Shown here one piece after another: positions 11,141 through 24,250 of a stretch of 64,000 nucleotides of DNA. This DNA is from the human T2T-CHM13v2.0 reference genome, Homo sapiens: assembly GCF_009914755.1 (NCBI RefSeq), contig NC_060933.1, one strand, 5' to 3'. The notes below the pieces were generated by a model, which saw only the letters and a list, made by a program, of their open reading frames with translations, made no database searches and had not been told where the DNA came from. The first letter of the stretch is position 1. Every line of letters starts with the position of its first letter. The translations under genes and the position numbers were made by a program.

Positions 11141-13589
11141 AACCAATATTGGAGTCATTAAAAATCCTTGGATATGAAATGAAAAACAGTGATTCTAAGG
11201 AAGCTAAATGTATTTGATAAAAAGTTTTTTTAAGGACAAAATAAAAGAAAAAATAGAAATTATAAAAAGTATGCGACTCTTCTGGGATTTACAGGCTTCG
11301 ATCTCTCTATCACGAGATTAAACTACAGAATAAAATCAGACAATATAAAGAAAAGCAGAAAGAAAAGGGATGGAAAAAGTATTGCTTTCACAAGAAATCT
11401 AACCTTCTATTCTTAGTGTCTCTTCATTCTATCTATTTACATACATATTACATAATTTCTGTTAAACCCAATTCTCAATATTAGAATAATTTTTTACAAC
11501 TTAGTGTCTCCCAGGCTTGAGCAAAAATCCTAGCACAAGGGAGAAACCTAGTAAGTTTATATTAAATGGACGGTTGGATAAGGGGATATATGACTGTCGA
11601 CAGCATGAGTTTAGCAAAACACATTGCCATGCACTAGTTATCAAGTATTAACAAAGCTTCTATTGTATGCATATTATAGTAATGATTATGACAAAGAAAA
11701 TAGAATCCATGGATTATGCTATCCTGGATCTTAAAGTAGAATCTGTGGAGTACTTTTAAACCAACATCAGGAAGCAAGTATAATCACCAGTCTAACTTTC
11801 TACCACCAAATGTCTGACATGAGCCAACAGCCAGCCATGAATCCATATTACATATAGGTTACAATGAATACATTATAGAATTCAATGGAAATAGAGAAGG
11901 TGCCAGAAAATGTAAAGTCTGTTTACTAACCTCTGGTTATTTTTTACAAGACTGATAGATTCTGATAAACTTCAACCTCATAGCATGAGACATCTGTAAT
12001 GACTTTCTTATGCTGCACCCAGTTGTGGGGCGATTGCTGTGACCTTTGAGTACGCACTTAGATCCTAAGATGTTTACAATAGTTCTCAAAGATAAAGTTT
12101 CACAGCATAGGTTAATTTTATCCTTAAAAATTATTATCCTTCCTTTGATTTATCTTTCCTTGTACTCTCATTAAATGACCTAGCTCTTCACTGGCCCCAA
12201 CAACATCTTAGCAGACTCAGGGCTCAAGCTTCATAGGTGAAAACCATCACCCTAACTCTGTGATGCACCTTATGAACTCACAAATCTCCTTTCTGCCAAC
12301 TTATAGGAGCTAGGTGACAAAACTAGGAATAGAGACTTCTAGGAATTGAGACTTCTGAACAAACTAGAAATGGAGCCCGAGTCATCAGCATTTTCACCTG
12401 TGGCCCTGATAAGTGGCACCCTCATCTGACCCACACAGCAACCCAAGTACAGCATATGGGTCAACCACACTCTAGAAATGGTTTCTGCCTCTCCTGCAGC
12501 CTGATACTTTGATTGCATTGTGGTTGCTCTAAAAGCCCTAATACAGAGGTCTGTGGATTCTTCTCTTTACTATGCGGTTTGAAACTGGGCAGAGGGGAGG
12601 AGACTTCGGAAAGAAAAATTGCCCAGTGCGCCGTGACAGCTGTATAATTAGGCAAGGCAGGCCAGTGCTTACAGCATTTGTCATTCAGCAATTGTTCACA
12701 CTCCAGGTTCCATAGCCAGGTGCTTCGAAGAATGAGGTGATGATAATGTCTTTATGTGACTTGAGCCCAAAGGACATTCAAGCTCACATAGGCGAAGCAG
12801 GAACCCCAGCAGAATAAAATGAGCACTGCTTTACTTTCTTAGTGTTCACCAGTCTATTTGTCATAAAAAGTAAATGCACTTTGGTAGGAACTTTTAAACA
12901 TTACTAAAAACACGTTCAACCAAAGGAGGGCTGTAGGAAAGATTTGTAAACATTTGTTCCCAATTTTTTCCCCAAAATTTGAGATTTGTGATTTGTGACT
13001 CCCTTTGTGAAAAGAGGGATTGAATGCCAATGAATAGAAAGTGGACTGGAGGGATGGAATCTGCATAAGAGTTATTGAAGCAGCCTGCGCTTCTTTGGTC
13101 TTCTATTTATCCAGAAAAAGAGGAATCTCTCCCATTTTTAAAAAGCTTAAATGTCATAACTCTGACTGTTTCGTTAAACTGTACAATTCTCCCATGAATC
13201 GTGATCTCCTAGCACCCTGTGTACACAGAAGAAGACCTCGGTTTCTCACAGTTAAAATTCAAATAACCATGTCTGCAACACAGGTCGTTTTTACCCTAAA
13301 CCATGTTATCTCTTGGACTTATTTTCAATTTGTTTTTTTAATGATGCTCATCCTTTTTATGGTCTACTGGTAACCAAGATTACCTTTCCTCCATCTTGCC
13401 TTCTTTTACTCTCAGTTTAACTGTACATCATGCAGTCATCCACTGAACTTTACTAGACTCCTTGTAGTAATGCCAGACTGTGCCTGAGGATCTGTGGATC
13501 ACAGTGCAATTGTTTTGGATTTTAATCTGCGATTGACTCCTATTTTGAGAAGGAACCCAGCTCAGCCTCATCTCTTAAAACTGTCCTTC

Positions 13590-14060
13590 TCCACCTTCAA
13601 TGGTAGGCTCACAACAGCCTCTGTTTTTACTATGTGAACTCTGACTCTCATGCCTGATGGGCATCAAATCCAAGGGTATGAATCAGGTTCTCTGGAAGGG
13701 AACTGAGGATGCTTGAGCATCTGAAATGAGACTGGAACTGGCTTATATAAATTTGGGAGCTGTAAGGCAGCCGTGCATGTAAAGATGCCGGAATAGCCGG
13801 TGTACTGAGAGAAATGATGAAGTGCAAATACAGGAGGCAATACAAGAGACATGCGGCCACAGAAACGCAAGAAAAGACCAAGAGGACGCTGACTAGGCTC
13901 TGGACTGCATTCCAGTTGCTTGTTCCAGTCCTTCAGGGCCAACCACTCTTCCTATTCATGAATTCTGAGAGATTCCTCTCTGATCTAGTAACAATATCTA
14001 AGGTTTTATTAATTCTACTTCAGTTAATTGGAGTAGGATGCCGTTGCTTCTTGTGACAGG
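13590..14060 (+). mobile_element. Old MaLR LTR (MLT1-type)
   Basis: GGAGCTGTAAGGCAGCCGTG and TTCCAGTTGCTTGTTCCAGTCC motifs and an MLT1-like 3' end (CAGTTAATTGGAGTAGG...TTCTTGTGAC). Confidence 0.45.
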
Positions 14061-14667
14061 GAGGTGAAAGTTTTATTATTTGAAAATTTCCAGAGAGGAA
14101 ATTTTCTTTGTTTTGAAAAATATCTTGATGAACTGCTTGGACTAGAAGGTTAGATCTGAGGACACAGCAGGTGTTAAAGCAACAAAGGAGAACACTTAAC
14201 TCGTCTGCATAAACAGGATTTTTTTTTCCTTCTGAAAGAGAGGGAATAAAGAGAAGAAGCAAGCAGAGGAAATAACAAAAATAACTAATAAATGGTTTGA
14301 GGCTGAATGACTTTTCAGAGTACGGACAATGAAAATTCCCTGGTGGTGGAGTTGTTAGACCATTTTAAGGATGGTGACATGTAATGTTCAGTTTGAAATT
14401 CTTTGTTGCTGCCATGAAAACATTCAATTTGTCTACATCCCACCCGCCTATCCTCTGCGCCGATGTCTGCTTTGTTTGCATATGAATTTTTGTAGAAATT
14501 GAGCAATGAGCTGTTTCATAAATGTTTATTTTGGTACAGAATGTGTATAGCAAATGGGAGAGCAGGGGCCCAGATGTATAGGTAAGCATGATCTCTTGTT
14601 CTGATCTTCTATTTTCTACATAGTGTGAAATAAAGATTAAAGACCATTTTATTAGAATGCAAGGGAC

Positions 14668-15181
14668 TGATGGGGTTCGGGGCATGCCACCCCAAAGTAT
14701 GGCACCTTGGCATTGGAGAAAACCACAGAAGCAGGAAGGTCTCTCTGACCTTCTCCTGCCCTCTCACCATAAAACTTAGAAAGAATTCTCTGACCTTCAC
14801 CAGAAGTAGGTCGTAAGACCCTCATGTAAGAGCTGCCCACCCAGAAAAGAGGAATGTCCTTATCTCTGAAGACATGGGAACACAGAGTAGAATCTGAACA
14901 AACAGGCCTTGCTAAGTCCCCGGTGAAACCCCAGTTTATTATCGTTAGATCATACCCCTTTTATCCAAGCATACTTTTCCACAGCTCTCCACTTCATCAA
15001 ACTTAGCATAAAAACATACTGGCTTTCCCATTTCTGTGGGGTCTCATTTTCTTATGGCTCCCACATCACATAAAATTTATATTAAATAAATTTGTATATT
15101 TTTCTTTTGTGAATCTGTTTTCTGTTATAGAGGGCTTGACCATGAACTTAACATGGGAAGAAAAGATACTTGTCTCTTAGA
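14668..15181 (+). mobile_element. MER31-type ERV1 solo LTR
   Basis: TGATGGGGTTCGGGGCATGCCACCCCAAAGTATGGCACCTTGGCAT start; AATAAA near 15085; 4-bp TSD GGAC at 14664-14667 and 15182-15185. Confidence 0.75.
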
Positions 15182-16341
15182 GGACTGTAAGTCCCTCGTA
15201 ACCCTGCATTACATGTGCAACCCCAAGAATCTTGATTCAAATGTAGCCCCTCCTCTGCTCATAAGTTCATTTTGGATATGTAAATCTGAGTTAAATCTAA
15301 AAGCAACAATCCAAACACATTACTTGCAACGGCTTTTGAGGTCTTCAGGTGTATAGGGTGTAATCCGCTAGAGAGATAAACAAGATGAGTACCACAGTTA
15401 AAATACATTTACTCAATGGTTCCATGAACTTGGAGCAAAGATATGTTAGATTTGTGATTTCATTTCTTAAAAAAAGTTTTACTTTTGCTTTTCAAAAAGA
15501 TTCAGACTAGCATTCCTTTAAATAGCAAACTCATCTAATGCATTTAAAATATGATTTAGTTTTGCAAAACGAATTTACAAGTAACTTTTCAGGCATCCAT
15601 CTATTTACTAAAGAGAGGTATGTCTGTTATGAAAAGCACTGTACTTAAGTACCTTAAGGAATAATCCCAGTCCATTATTTCTTAGCCTATCTAGTGGGTG
15701 TTTGTATTTGTTTTATAGCTTTTTCCCCTCTTTGATTTACATTTACGAGACAACTGGAGACAGATGATGTGAGATGGTTTTTATTTTTATGAGCGAAAGG
15801 AACCACATCAACCACAAGTAGCAGAACACTGCCACGACTGAATTATGAAGGTCTCCCCAGCAGAGGGAAAATTAAAAGGGCATTTTGTCCCTACTTTCAC
15901 TTGTTATGGTGAAATCATGCCCTACAGATGTCTACCAAGCAATTCAATTGTAAGTATGCAGCTGTGGTTGCATCTTCATTCACTTGCTTAAGTTACCAAC
16001 ACAACTTGAAACTAATTTAAATGTATTAAACTTCCATTCAGCTTTTGGGTGTTCATTTGTGATTATCTGCTGGCAACTGATATGGCTCTAATTAATCAGA
16101 CAAAATAATGAATAATGGCCTAATTCATCTTTTTTCATGACTCCCTGAGCATATACCGTCATGAGACTATTGAGTTAAAACTTAGATATGCCCACCCTTC
16201 CTAAAATTAAAGTGGGCTTCGAAACTTACTACCAGCTACACAAAGCTAGGTACAAATATATTTAATTGACCAGAAAATCTAACCCCATAACTATTACTGC
16301 CCTATCTTGCCTACACACACACACACACACCCCTCCATTTC

Positions 16342-16702
16342 TCAGAGGGTGCTGATTGGCAGCACATGAGCCAAACCTAGCCCACAGATGAGCTTTATTT
16401 GGTTTGCATGTTAGAAATCACATTGTTATAAAAGCCTATGCATTAACATTTGAAAATTAGGAGATTTCACATAGAAATTCACATTTCTAACTTCTCTTGA
16501 AAAAAAAAAAAAGAAAATCTGGCAAGACTGGATTGGAATTCCACAGGGCAATTATCAGCTGGAGCTGAGACATAAATTCCCTCGGTTGGGACTTTAGGCT
16601 CTCTCAGCTTTGCCGCAGTCCCCCCATACTCCATTACCTTTCTTTCACCCAGTCCACAGCACACATTTACCCTCCTAGCAGATGTTTGAGTTTGTAATTC
16701 CT
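16342..16702 (-). mobile_element. MER102-type hAT-Charlie element
   Basis: GGAGATTTCACATAGAAATTC...TTCTCTTGAAAA...ATCTGGCAA...CAGCTGGAGCTGAG...GAGTTTGTAATTCCTG. Confidence 0.7.
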
Positions 16703-17128
16703 GTGCTACATTGTTCTCCTTCTCTGTGTTTTTGGAAAGCACCTTCTCTTTAGATGCACTAAATGCTAAACTGCTTCCCCCACCTCAGGAAATCTGAGCC
16801 TCCATTTTCACTTTCAGTGCTTTTACATATTTAAATAGGTATCCCTATATATAACTTAGCCTTAAAATTTAGGTGTGTGGGACTTTAACACACAGACTCT
16901 AATAATAAACATATTTAGGCATTTTTCTCCCTGCAACACAAGTTTTCATCTAATTTATGTTAATCGAATGAATTTTAAAAGTAGCATAATTGTTTAAAAT
17001 TGGTCTGCTTGGGGAACTAACATTGAGGTAGAAAAAAAATCACTTCACATATAGCTGAACATCTCATTTGAAGAGTGTTGTTTCTGTGTGTAACAAAAAG
17101 TAAACATGTTTATTAAAAATATGTAAGA

Positions 17129-17409
17129 GGCCAGGAGCCGTGGCTGATGCTTATAATCCTAGATCTTTGGGAGGCCGAGGTGAAAGGATCACTTAAGCTC
17201 AGGAGTTATGCCCAGCCTGGGCCAACATAATGAGACTTCGTTTCTACAAAGAATTTTTTAAAATTATCTGAGCATGCTGGCACGTGCCTGTAGTCCCAGC
17301 TACTTGGGAGGCTGGGGTGGAAGGATCATTTAATCCCAGCAGTTCAAGGCTGCAGTGAGCCATGATTGTACCACTATACTCCAGCTTGGGCAAGACTCCA
17401 TCTCAAAAA
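17129..17409 (+). mobile_element. AluJ
   Basis: Diverged dimeric Alu with GGATCACTTAAGCTCAGGAG and GTTCAAGGCTGCAGTGAGCCATGAT (J-type); tail replaced by an AT repeat. Confidence 0.9.
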
Positions 17410-17900
17410 TATATATATTTTTAATATATATAATATATACACACATATATATAATATATACTTATATATAATATATACTTATATATTATATATACACGTA
17501 TATATAATATATACTTATATATTATATATATATTATATATATATACACGTATATATAATATATAAGTATATATTATATATACTTATTTATATATTTATAT
17601 AAGTATATTTATATAAGTATATATAAGTATTATATAAGTATTATATAGTAGTACATAAGTATTATATAAGTATATATAATTATATATATATATAACCCTA
17701 ACCCTAACCCTAAACCTTACTTTTATATATATATATACTTATATATACTTATATATATATAAGTATATATAATATATACGTATATATATTATATATAGTG
17801 AGTGAGACAGGAATGTATATGAATAAAAGAAATATATGTATATATATACAGGAATATAAGGAATATATAGAGAAACATATATGACTCATATATATATAAG
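17408..17900. repeat. Complex (AT)n microsatellite grown from the Alu tail, containing (TAACCC)3
   Basis: About 490 bp of TA-rich repeats; TAACCC x3 plus TAAACC at 17693-17716; ends in TATATAAGA, resembling TATGTAAGA before the Alu. Confidence 0.9.
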
Positions 17901-18853
17901 AGGAGGTCTGTATTAATAATAGTGCTATGTTTGGAAACTGATGGTTGTTATTTTTAGAAAAAACTCAGTGTATTCAAATGTTGGATATAGTCAGTGATGT
18001 TAGGGTTTTGAAGCTATACAATTATAGCTATGAAACACCTCTCCTATTGACATTCTCTGACAAAAATAATAATAACCTTGTCGTGGTGCATCTGAAATAT
18101 ATAATCTCCATTTCTTTCTTTTCCCATTGAAAGAATTGTCCTATGATATATGCTTTCCAGAGAGTTCTCTTATTGTTTCTTGGCAAAACAAACTGTATCA
18201 GAGGACATAGTTTGTATCACAAAAATGTTATTTTTACTCCAATTAAGGGTTGTAGTATTTTATGTCAAGATTGCCCTGGTATATTCAAAGTATGCCTCAT
18301 TGAGAAAATTTTCTCTTTGCATAACTCTTCAGGTTGTTATGTACTTAGTAAAGTACAAGTGAATGACATAGCAGTATGTGAGGAACTCCAAATTCCCTAG
18401 AAACCATCTCCTTACTTTTTTGTCACCAGAAAAATGGTGAAATACACTATTACCCTCCTTTTTCAAATAAGACTAAGATTCTGAGTAATTTGCTGAGGTC
18501 ATATGGCAAATTAACGGAGGAGACTGGTTCTCTGGCTTTAAGGCTCAGTGTGTGTCTAGATCTGGATCTTCGTTACCTCCTGATCTAAAACTCTTCATAA
18601 ACCAGTCTTAAGTAAACTTGTCTGCTCCGAAGGGTTACAACTGTTGGTCCCATAGACTAATGCAGAAAAAATGGACTGTGTTAATGTCATCTCTTTAAGC
18701 TTCAGTACTCTCAGCTGTAAAATGGGTGTGATGATTCTTCCTTACTGTGGCAAGACTTAAATTTAAGACAATATACTTGTTAAGTCTCTTTGTTATAGTA
18801 GCCTAACCTTGCCCTAAGACAACAGTTAGAGTAGTTATTACCTACTACTAACT

Positions 18854-19036
18854 CACTCGTTCTCAAGCTTGAGCATGTGTCAGAGTCACCTGGAGGGCTC
18901 ATGAAAATGCAGATTATTACGTTCCATCTCCAGAATTTCTAACTCAGTAGCTCTGGAATGAGACCTGAGAATTTTGGTTTCTAACAATTTCCCAGGTGAC
19001 ACTGATACATCCTAAGCACACACTTTGAGAATTCTG
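18854..19036. mobile_element. MER5A hAT element
   Basis: GTTCTCAAGCTTGAGCATGTGTCAGAGTCACCTGGAGGGC...TTTCTAACAATTTCCCAGGTGA...CACACTTTGAGAA; degenerate 8-bp TSD TACTAACT/CCCTAACT. Confidence 0.85.
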
Positions 19037-19667
19037 CCCTAACTAACATTGTCAGTAAATCGCTAAGTATAGCCTGGCAGTGTAGACCCTCACAAAACTC
19101 ATCATCATTTCATTATTTATTGGCCATCCTATGCGCAAATACAAAATGACTTACGGGCCTTCCAAAGGAATCCTAATAAAAGTAAGGCTAAAATAGCAAT
19201 ATAAAAATGTACTTTAATCTCCGCTTTATTCAGTAAAGCATACATTTGGTGGAGTAATAAGTTATTAACTTTTCACAGCAATATATTGATTTCACCGCTG
19301 TTTTCTTTTTATCTATAGATAATTCTGTGAGTTCCCAATTCTAGTGATTCAATGAAACCCATAAAAATAGGTTCACCTATTTACTAAATATAGTTCTTTG
19401 ATATAGATGATCCTTGATTGATTTTTATATTATATGAGAGAATAAGTAACTCTGGCATTCAGAAATGACAATATTCTCCTATCTTTGATCAAATTAGAAA
19501 GCCATGTGCATTAAAATGGGTTAAAAGGAAAAACTTGCATGTCTAAAGTTAAAGCATGACTAATGCGTTGAAGAAATTGTTCAACACAGTTCATCCTGGT
19601 AAAAATATTACTTCTGTAGCCAAGCCAAGGTTAGTGTCGGGTTAGGTTATCTGCAATTCAAGTGCCA

Positions 19668-19719
19668 GATGTGCGTGTGTGTGTGTGCACGCATGTGCGT
19701 GCTTGAGCACGTGTACGTG
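19668..19719. repeat. Alternating purine-pyrimidine (TG/CA/CG) tract
   Basis: ATGTGCGTGTGTGTGTGTGCACGCATGTGCGTGC...GCACGTGTACGTG. Confidence 0.8.
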
Positions 19720-20496
19720 AACTTCCCACTAGAGGGTTATAGACACTCACAGGAATGACTTTACAGAAAGTTGTCCTTACATAGAGCTAAGTTTAATACT
19801 CTTTGGGTAACTTTGTCCCCACTTCATTTTTTCCCTATCTTCTCTTGACACTCGTCGTTGAGCCAGCTACTGTTTTTCTCCAACCTGCTAGGTTTTCAAT
19901 AAATTTCCTGTTGTGCATTGGGATAGCAGTGTTCCTGGAAAATTGCTTTTCGTAGGTGAGCTGCACCAGTATCTCCCATATACACTTTTTAAAATAATTT
20001 AGAGACAAGTAACAAAGTGCTTACAGTGCAAAAATTTACTCCAGAAGACTCCAAACCATTCACTGACATTTTACAGTTTAATCCCAGCTTCAATTTCATA
20101 ACTGGTGCTCAAAACAGAAGAGGCGCACTGAGGTGTACACTTGAAAAGACATTTAAAGCCTTTCATTTGGAGATTTCAAAAACATTAACCAACATACTCA
20201 AATGCCCTTAAAATTCATATGGAGAACTAATACACTATGTTCTTTAAAAAAAAAAAAAAAAAAAAAAAACCTTGTGGAATTAGAGCTGAGAATCCTTCAA
20301 TAACCAGTTGTGAAAGTAAAAAACATAAGAATCAGAATTGTCACGGGAGCCTGTGATTTGTAAGAAAACCTTGAGAGTTCAAGTAGTTCATTTTCTAGCC
20401 TTCAAACAGTACTCTATTAAAAAACTGCCAATTTTAAAAAATATATTTTTTGGCCTCTGTATCAAATTGTCTGATGGATGGTGTGTAAGCAAAATG

Positions 20497-20715
20497 ACAA
20501 TAATCATAGTTAGCACATAGACACCATTTTAACACTTTTACATGTATTTAATTCATTGAGGCTTCATGATACACCTGTAATTTAAGTGTATCCCCATTTT
20601 CCAGTTGAGGAAGCTGAGGCTCAGAGAAGTTAAGTAACTTGCCCAAGGTCACAAAGCATGTGTGTGGCAGAGCCAGGATATGAACACGAGCATTATAGGT
20701 CAAGAGACTCTTGCC
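20497..20715 (-). mobile_element. MIR SINE
   Basis: TATCCCCATTTTCCAGTTGAGGAAGCTGAGGCTCAGAGAAGTTAAGTAACTTGCCCAAGGTCACA...GGCAGAGCCAGGATATGAAC. Confidence 0.9.
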
Positions 20716-22139
20716 ATGGAAGCCTCTTGGGGAGTGGGGAGAAGAATCACAAAAACTCCTCCCGAAATTGCATCATGGAAAAAATAATCCGATACATTTA
20801 AAGTAACCCTAAAGCTCTAATTACTTCTTCGTTTACTTGATTGGTGATCAAATTCCCTTCTAGCCTTCTGGGGAGGTTACTAAGAAGCTATGACACAAAC
20901 ACCACCAGCTACCCACAATCTGTGTTTCCTTTGGTGACCAGTCAGCTTCTTTATATTGTCTTCTTAAGGCCCAAATAAGGGCAAGGATTAGAGGCCTCCT
21001 GGCCTCCCAGCTGCTGCTCTCATACTCCCTGTCCTCTGGATCTCACAGCTCTGGTGGTCCAGGAGCAAAGAGAGAAAAATCACAAAGATGAAATTCTTCC
21101 CTGAGTTGAGAATAATGAGAAAGGTGTTGTGTCAACAACACAAACAAGGAAAAGTTGCCCTGAATCCCATCATTTATGCCCCCTGAGATCATCTGTGTAG
21201 CTCACAGCATACAAAAAGACCTGATGTTGAGCTCAGTTCCTGCCTTTGATGACACACAAATAGAAGTCAATTTTACACATTCACTGATTCTCCACATATT
21301 TATTGACAGTCTAGGGTAGGCTGGGTACTAAGATGGTTAAGATCCAATACTCATGCTTGAGTTCTGAGTTTAGACTGCTCTATGCCTTGGTTTCTTCCAG
21401 CCGGAAACAATAACTCTATACCCCACTTCTCCCCAGAGGTGCCACTCAGATTTCTGAGATATGAAAAATGTGGGAAGGAAAGTTCCTGCAAAGCCCCAAT
21501 CCTTAGAAAAGCAAACTTCGCCGCCACAGTACACAGCACACACTCCAGAGTCGCCCATTGCCAACAGGCCAGCCAAGACACAGACTCCACCGGAGCGCTG
21601 GTGTCTCCAACTAATGGCCCGCTTTCATTCCTCTCTTCCCTGAACACTTTTAAACTTTTTTCTGGAGTCAACCCAAACTCAGCAGAGTTTCCAGATCTGT
21701 GGAAGTACAGCATGCAAGCAGCCCATTTCCTGACAATGCTGCAAAGCTTCAGGGAACACATTTTGTTATTTCCACATTTATGAGTCAAGCTGAAGCCCTG
21801 AACCTGACTCCTGACCAGGCTGTCCCCCACCTGGGAATGCTGCAAAGCTGAGGGGGGAAGGAAAATGGCACTGAACATGCACAGAGAAGTTAATAAAAAT
21901 AAATGTTCCAATGGCTGCCTAGACAAAAACATTGGCATCCAAGGGGTCTCTAAAAGGGACTGAGGTGTGAAGATCATTTTCTGAGCCCTATTCAGGTTCT
22001 TCCCATGATAACTTGTTCTGGTGTGATTGCAAAGAAAGCAAAGTTTCAGGAAATGTGGCTCAAACTAAATGACACATTCTCTAAATGAACCTTTTCTTTC
22101 TTAAAGCAACCTGAAAAATGAAGCAAAGGGACTATACAT

Positions 22140-22320
22140 TATTTCATCAATAATAAAAATGTTTAAGCACTTAATATGCACACAGCATCATGCTAGGCAC
22201 TGTGAATGGTACAAAGAGAAATGTAACCATTGAACAAATTATTTTCAAATACCTACAAGGTGTCAGACATTGTATTAGCTATCGGAAATGAAAACACAGG
22301 TAACGCATGGCTCTAGCCCA
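22140..22320 (-). mobile_element. L2 3'-end fragments
   Basis: AAATGTTTAAGCACTTAATATGCACACAGCATCATGCTAGGCACTG and CATTGAACAAATTATTTT...TGTCAGACATTGTATTAG. Confidence 0.55.
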
Positions 22321-23220
22321 TTCTGCAATTTTTAATCAGTTTTAAAGCAACAATGGGAAAAAGAAAACTGGTCATGCTGACTGCTGGTATTTAGGAATAA
22401 GGAGAAGTTCTTAGATCTACTATACTTTTTCCATTTTCTTGAGAAATAATGTTGATTGGTTGAGGTGGTTTGTCAAGAAAAGAAAGTCGTCTTTTAGTTG
22501 ATAAGGTAATTAGGAAGGAAGGAGTCCACTCCACTTCCAAGCTGTAACTAAAATTTTCAGTGGAGGAAAACAAATTTATAAAGATGAGTCAAAACCAAAA
22601 CTGAACACTGATAGAGTGCTGGTTCCTACTGAACTTCACTGCAACAATACAGCTGATGCTGTCAGTAAGGATGGTGCTGCCTCATATTGCAAGTTGGTGT
22701 TTGTTATAGATATGTAATGCAATGTCAAGTAGGACTTTTCTTGTTGCACTGACATTTACCTAAGACCCAATCTGAGCACCTGACAGTAAATTTATCACAT
22801 TCTAATTTCAAGGAAATTCCCTAAGAGTTATTGAGAGGCACCAGAGCAGAGCCAGCCCTGCCAACAGCCACCTCTCTCTCCTCCCACTCTGGTTCCTATG
22901 AAAAGACGACTGAGAAGTGAGAAGTGTGGGACTTCCCACTCAGAAGTGGGAGTGCAGCATTACTCTATGCAGTTAGTTCCTCCCTTCTTCATTGCAAAAG
23001 GGTTGTGCAGTGCTACATTTTAGTGCGAAAGAAACCCCTTGCAGGAAGCTGTAAGACAGTGAATGGCTGAAGGGCAAGAGCTATTATGGTATATAGGAAA
23101 ATAAGCTGGAATCAGAGTTCCCCAGTCAGGAAACTGTGGAGTGAGAAGCTTCTACAGAGACTCTTGAAGAACCACATAGGCAACCCACAACAGAAGGAAC
23201 ACTTAAGATATCTGCAACGC

Positions 23221-23510
23221 AGCCGGGTGCAGTGGCTCACGCCTGTAATCCTAACACTTTGGGAGGCCGAGGCGGGCGGACCACCTGAGGTCGGGAATTC
23301 AAGACCATCCTGACCAACATGGGGAAACCCTATCTCTACTAAAAATACAAAATTAGCCAGGCGTGGTGGCGCATGCTACTCGGGAGGCTGAGGCAGGAGA
23401 ATTGCTTGAACCCAGGAGGCTGAGGTTGCGGTGAGCCGATATCGCGCCATTACACTGCAGCCTGGGCGACAGAGCGAGACTCCGTCTCAGAAAAAAAAAA
23501 AAAAAAAAAA
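23221..23510 (+). mobile_element. AluS (Sp/Sx-like) with a 13-bp internal deletion
   Basis: Full dimer with A20 tail; TSD AAGATATCTGCAACGC / AAGATACCTGCAACAC; right arm lacks CTGTAATCCCAGC. Confidence 0.95.
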
Positions 23511-23614
23511 GATACCTGCAACACAGAGAGGCCATTAATGGATACCATAATCACCCAGCGCCTTCCCACCTCCCACTTGGACAAGAGGGGAAGAACACAG
23601 AAGAGAAAGAGGTA

Positions 23615-24030
<416 letters not shown>

Positions 24031-24069
24031 TACACAAAATACACAGTAAAAACACACAAACAGTAAATG

Positions 24070-24250
24070 AAGTTCAAAATCCATCCTTCTCTGCTTCTCA
24101 ATGGGGGATCTGGAGTGAGCGACTTAACCTCTCTGAGCATCAGTTTCCATGTCTGTAAAACAAGAATCATATAATTGCCTTAGAGAGTTGTGAAGTGATA
24201 TAAAAGCATCTAGAGAGATGCTTGACAACAAGGGCTAATTGTGTTGTGGT
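24070..24250 (+). mobile_element. MIR SINE
   Basis: GACTTAACCTCTCTGAGCATCAGTTTCCATGTCTGTAAAAC. Confidence 0.8.

Noticed and set aside
21351-21977. 208-aa minus-strand ORF as a novel gene
   Set aside because: No recognisable domain or codon pattern, it ends near an L2-like fragment, and an ORF of this length can occur by chance
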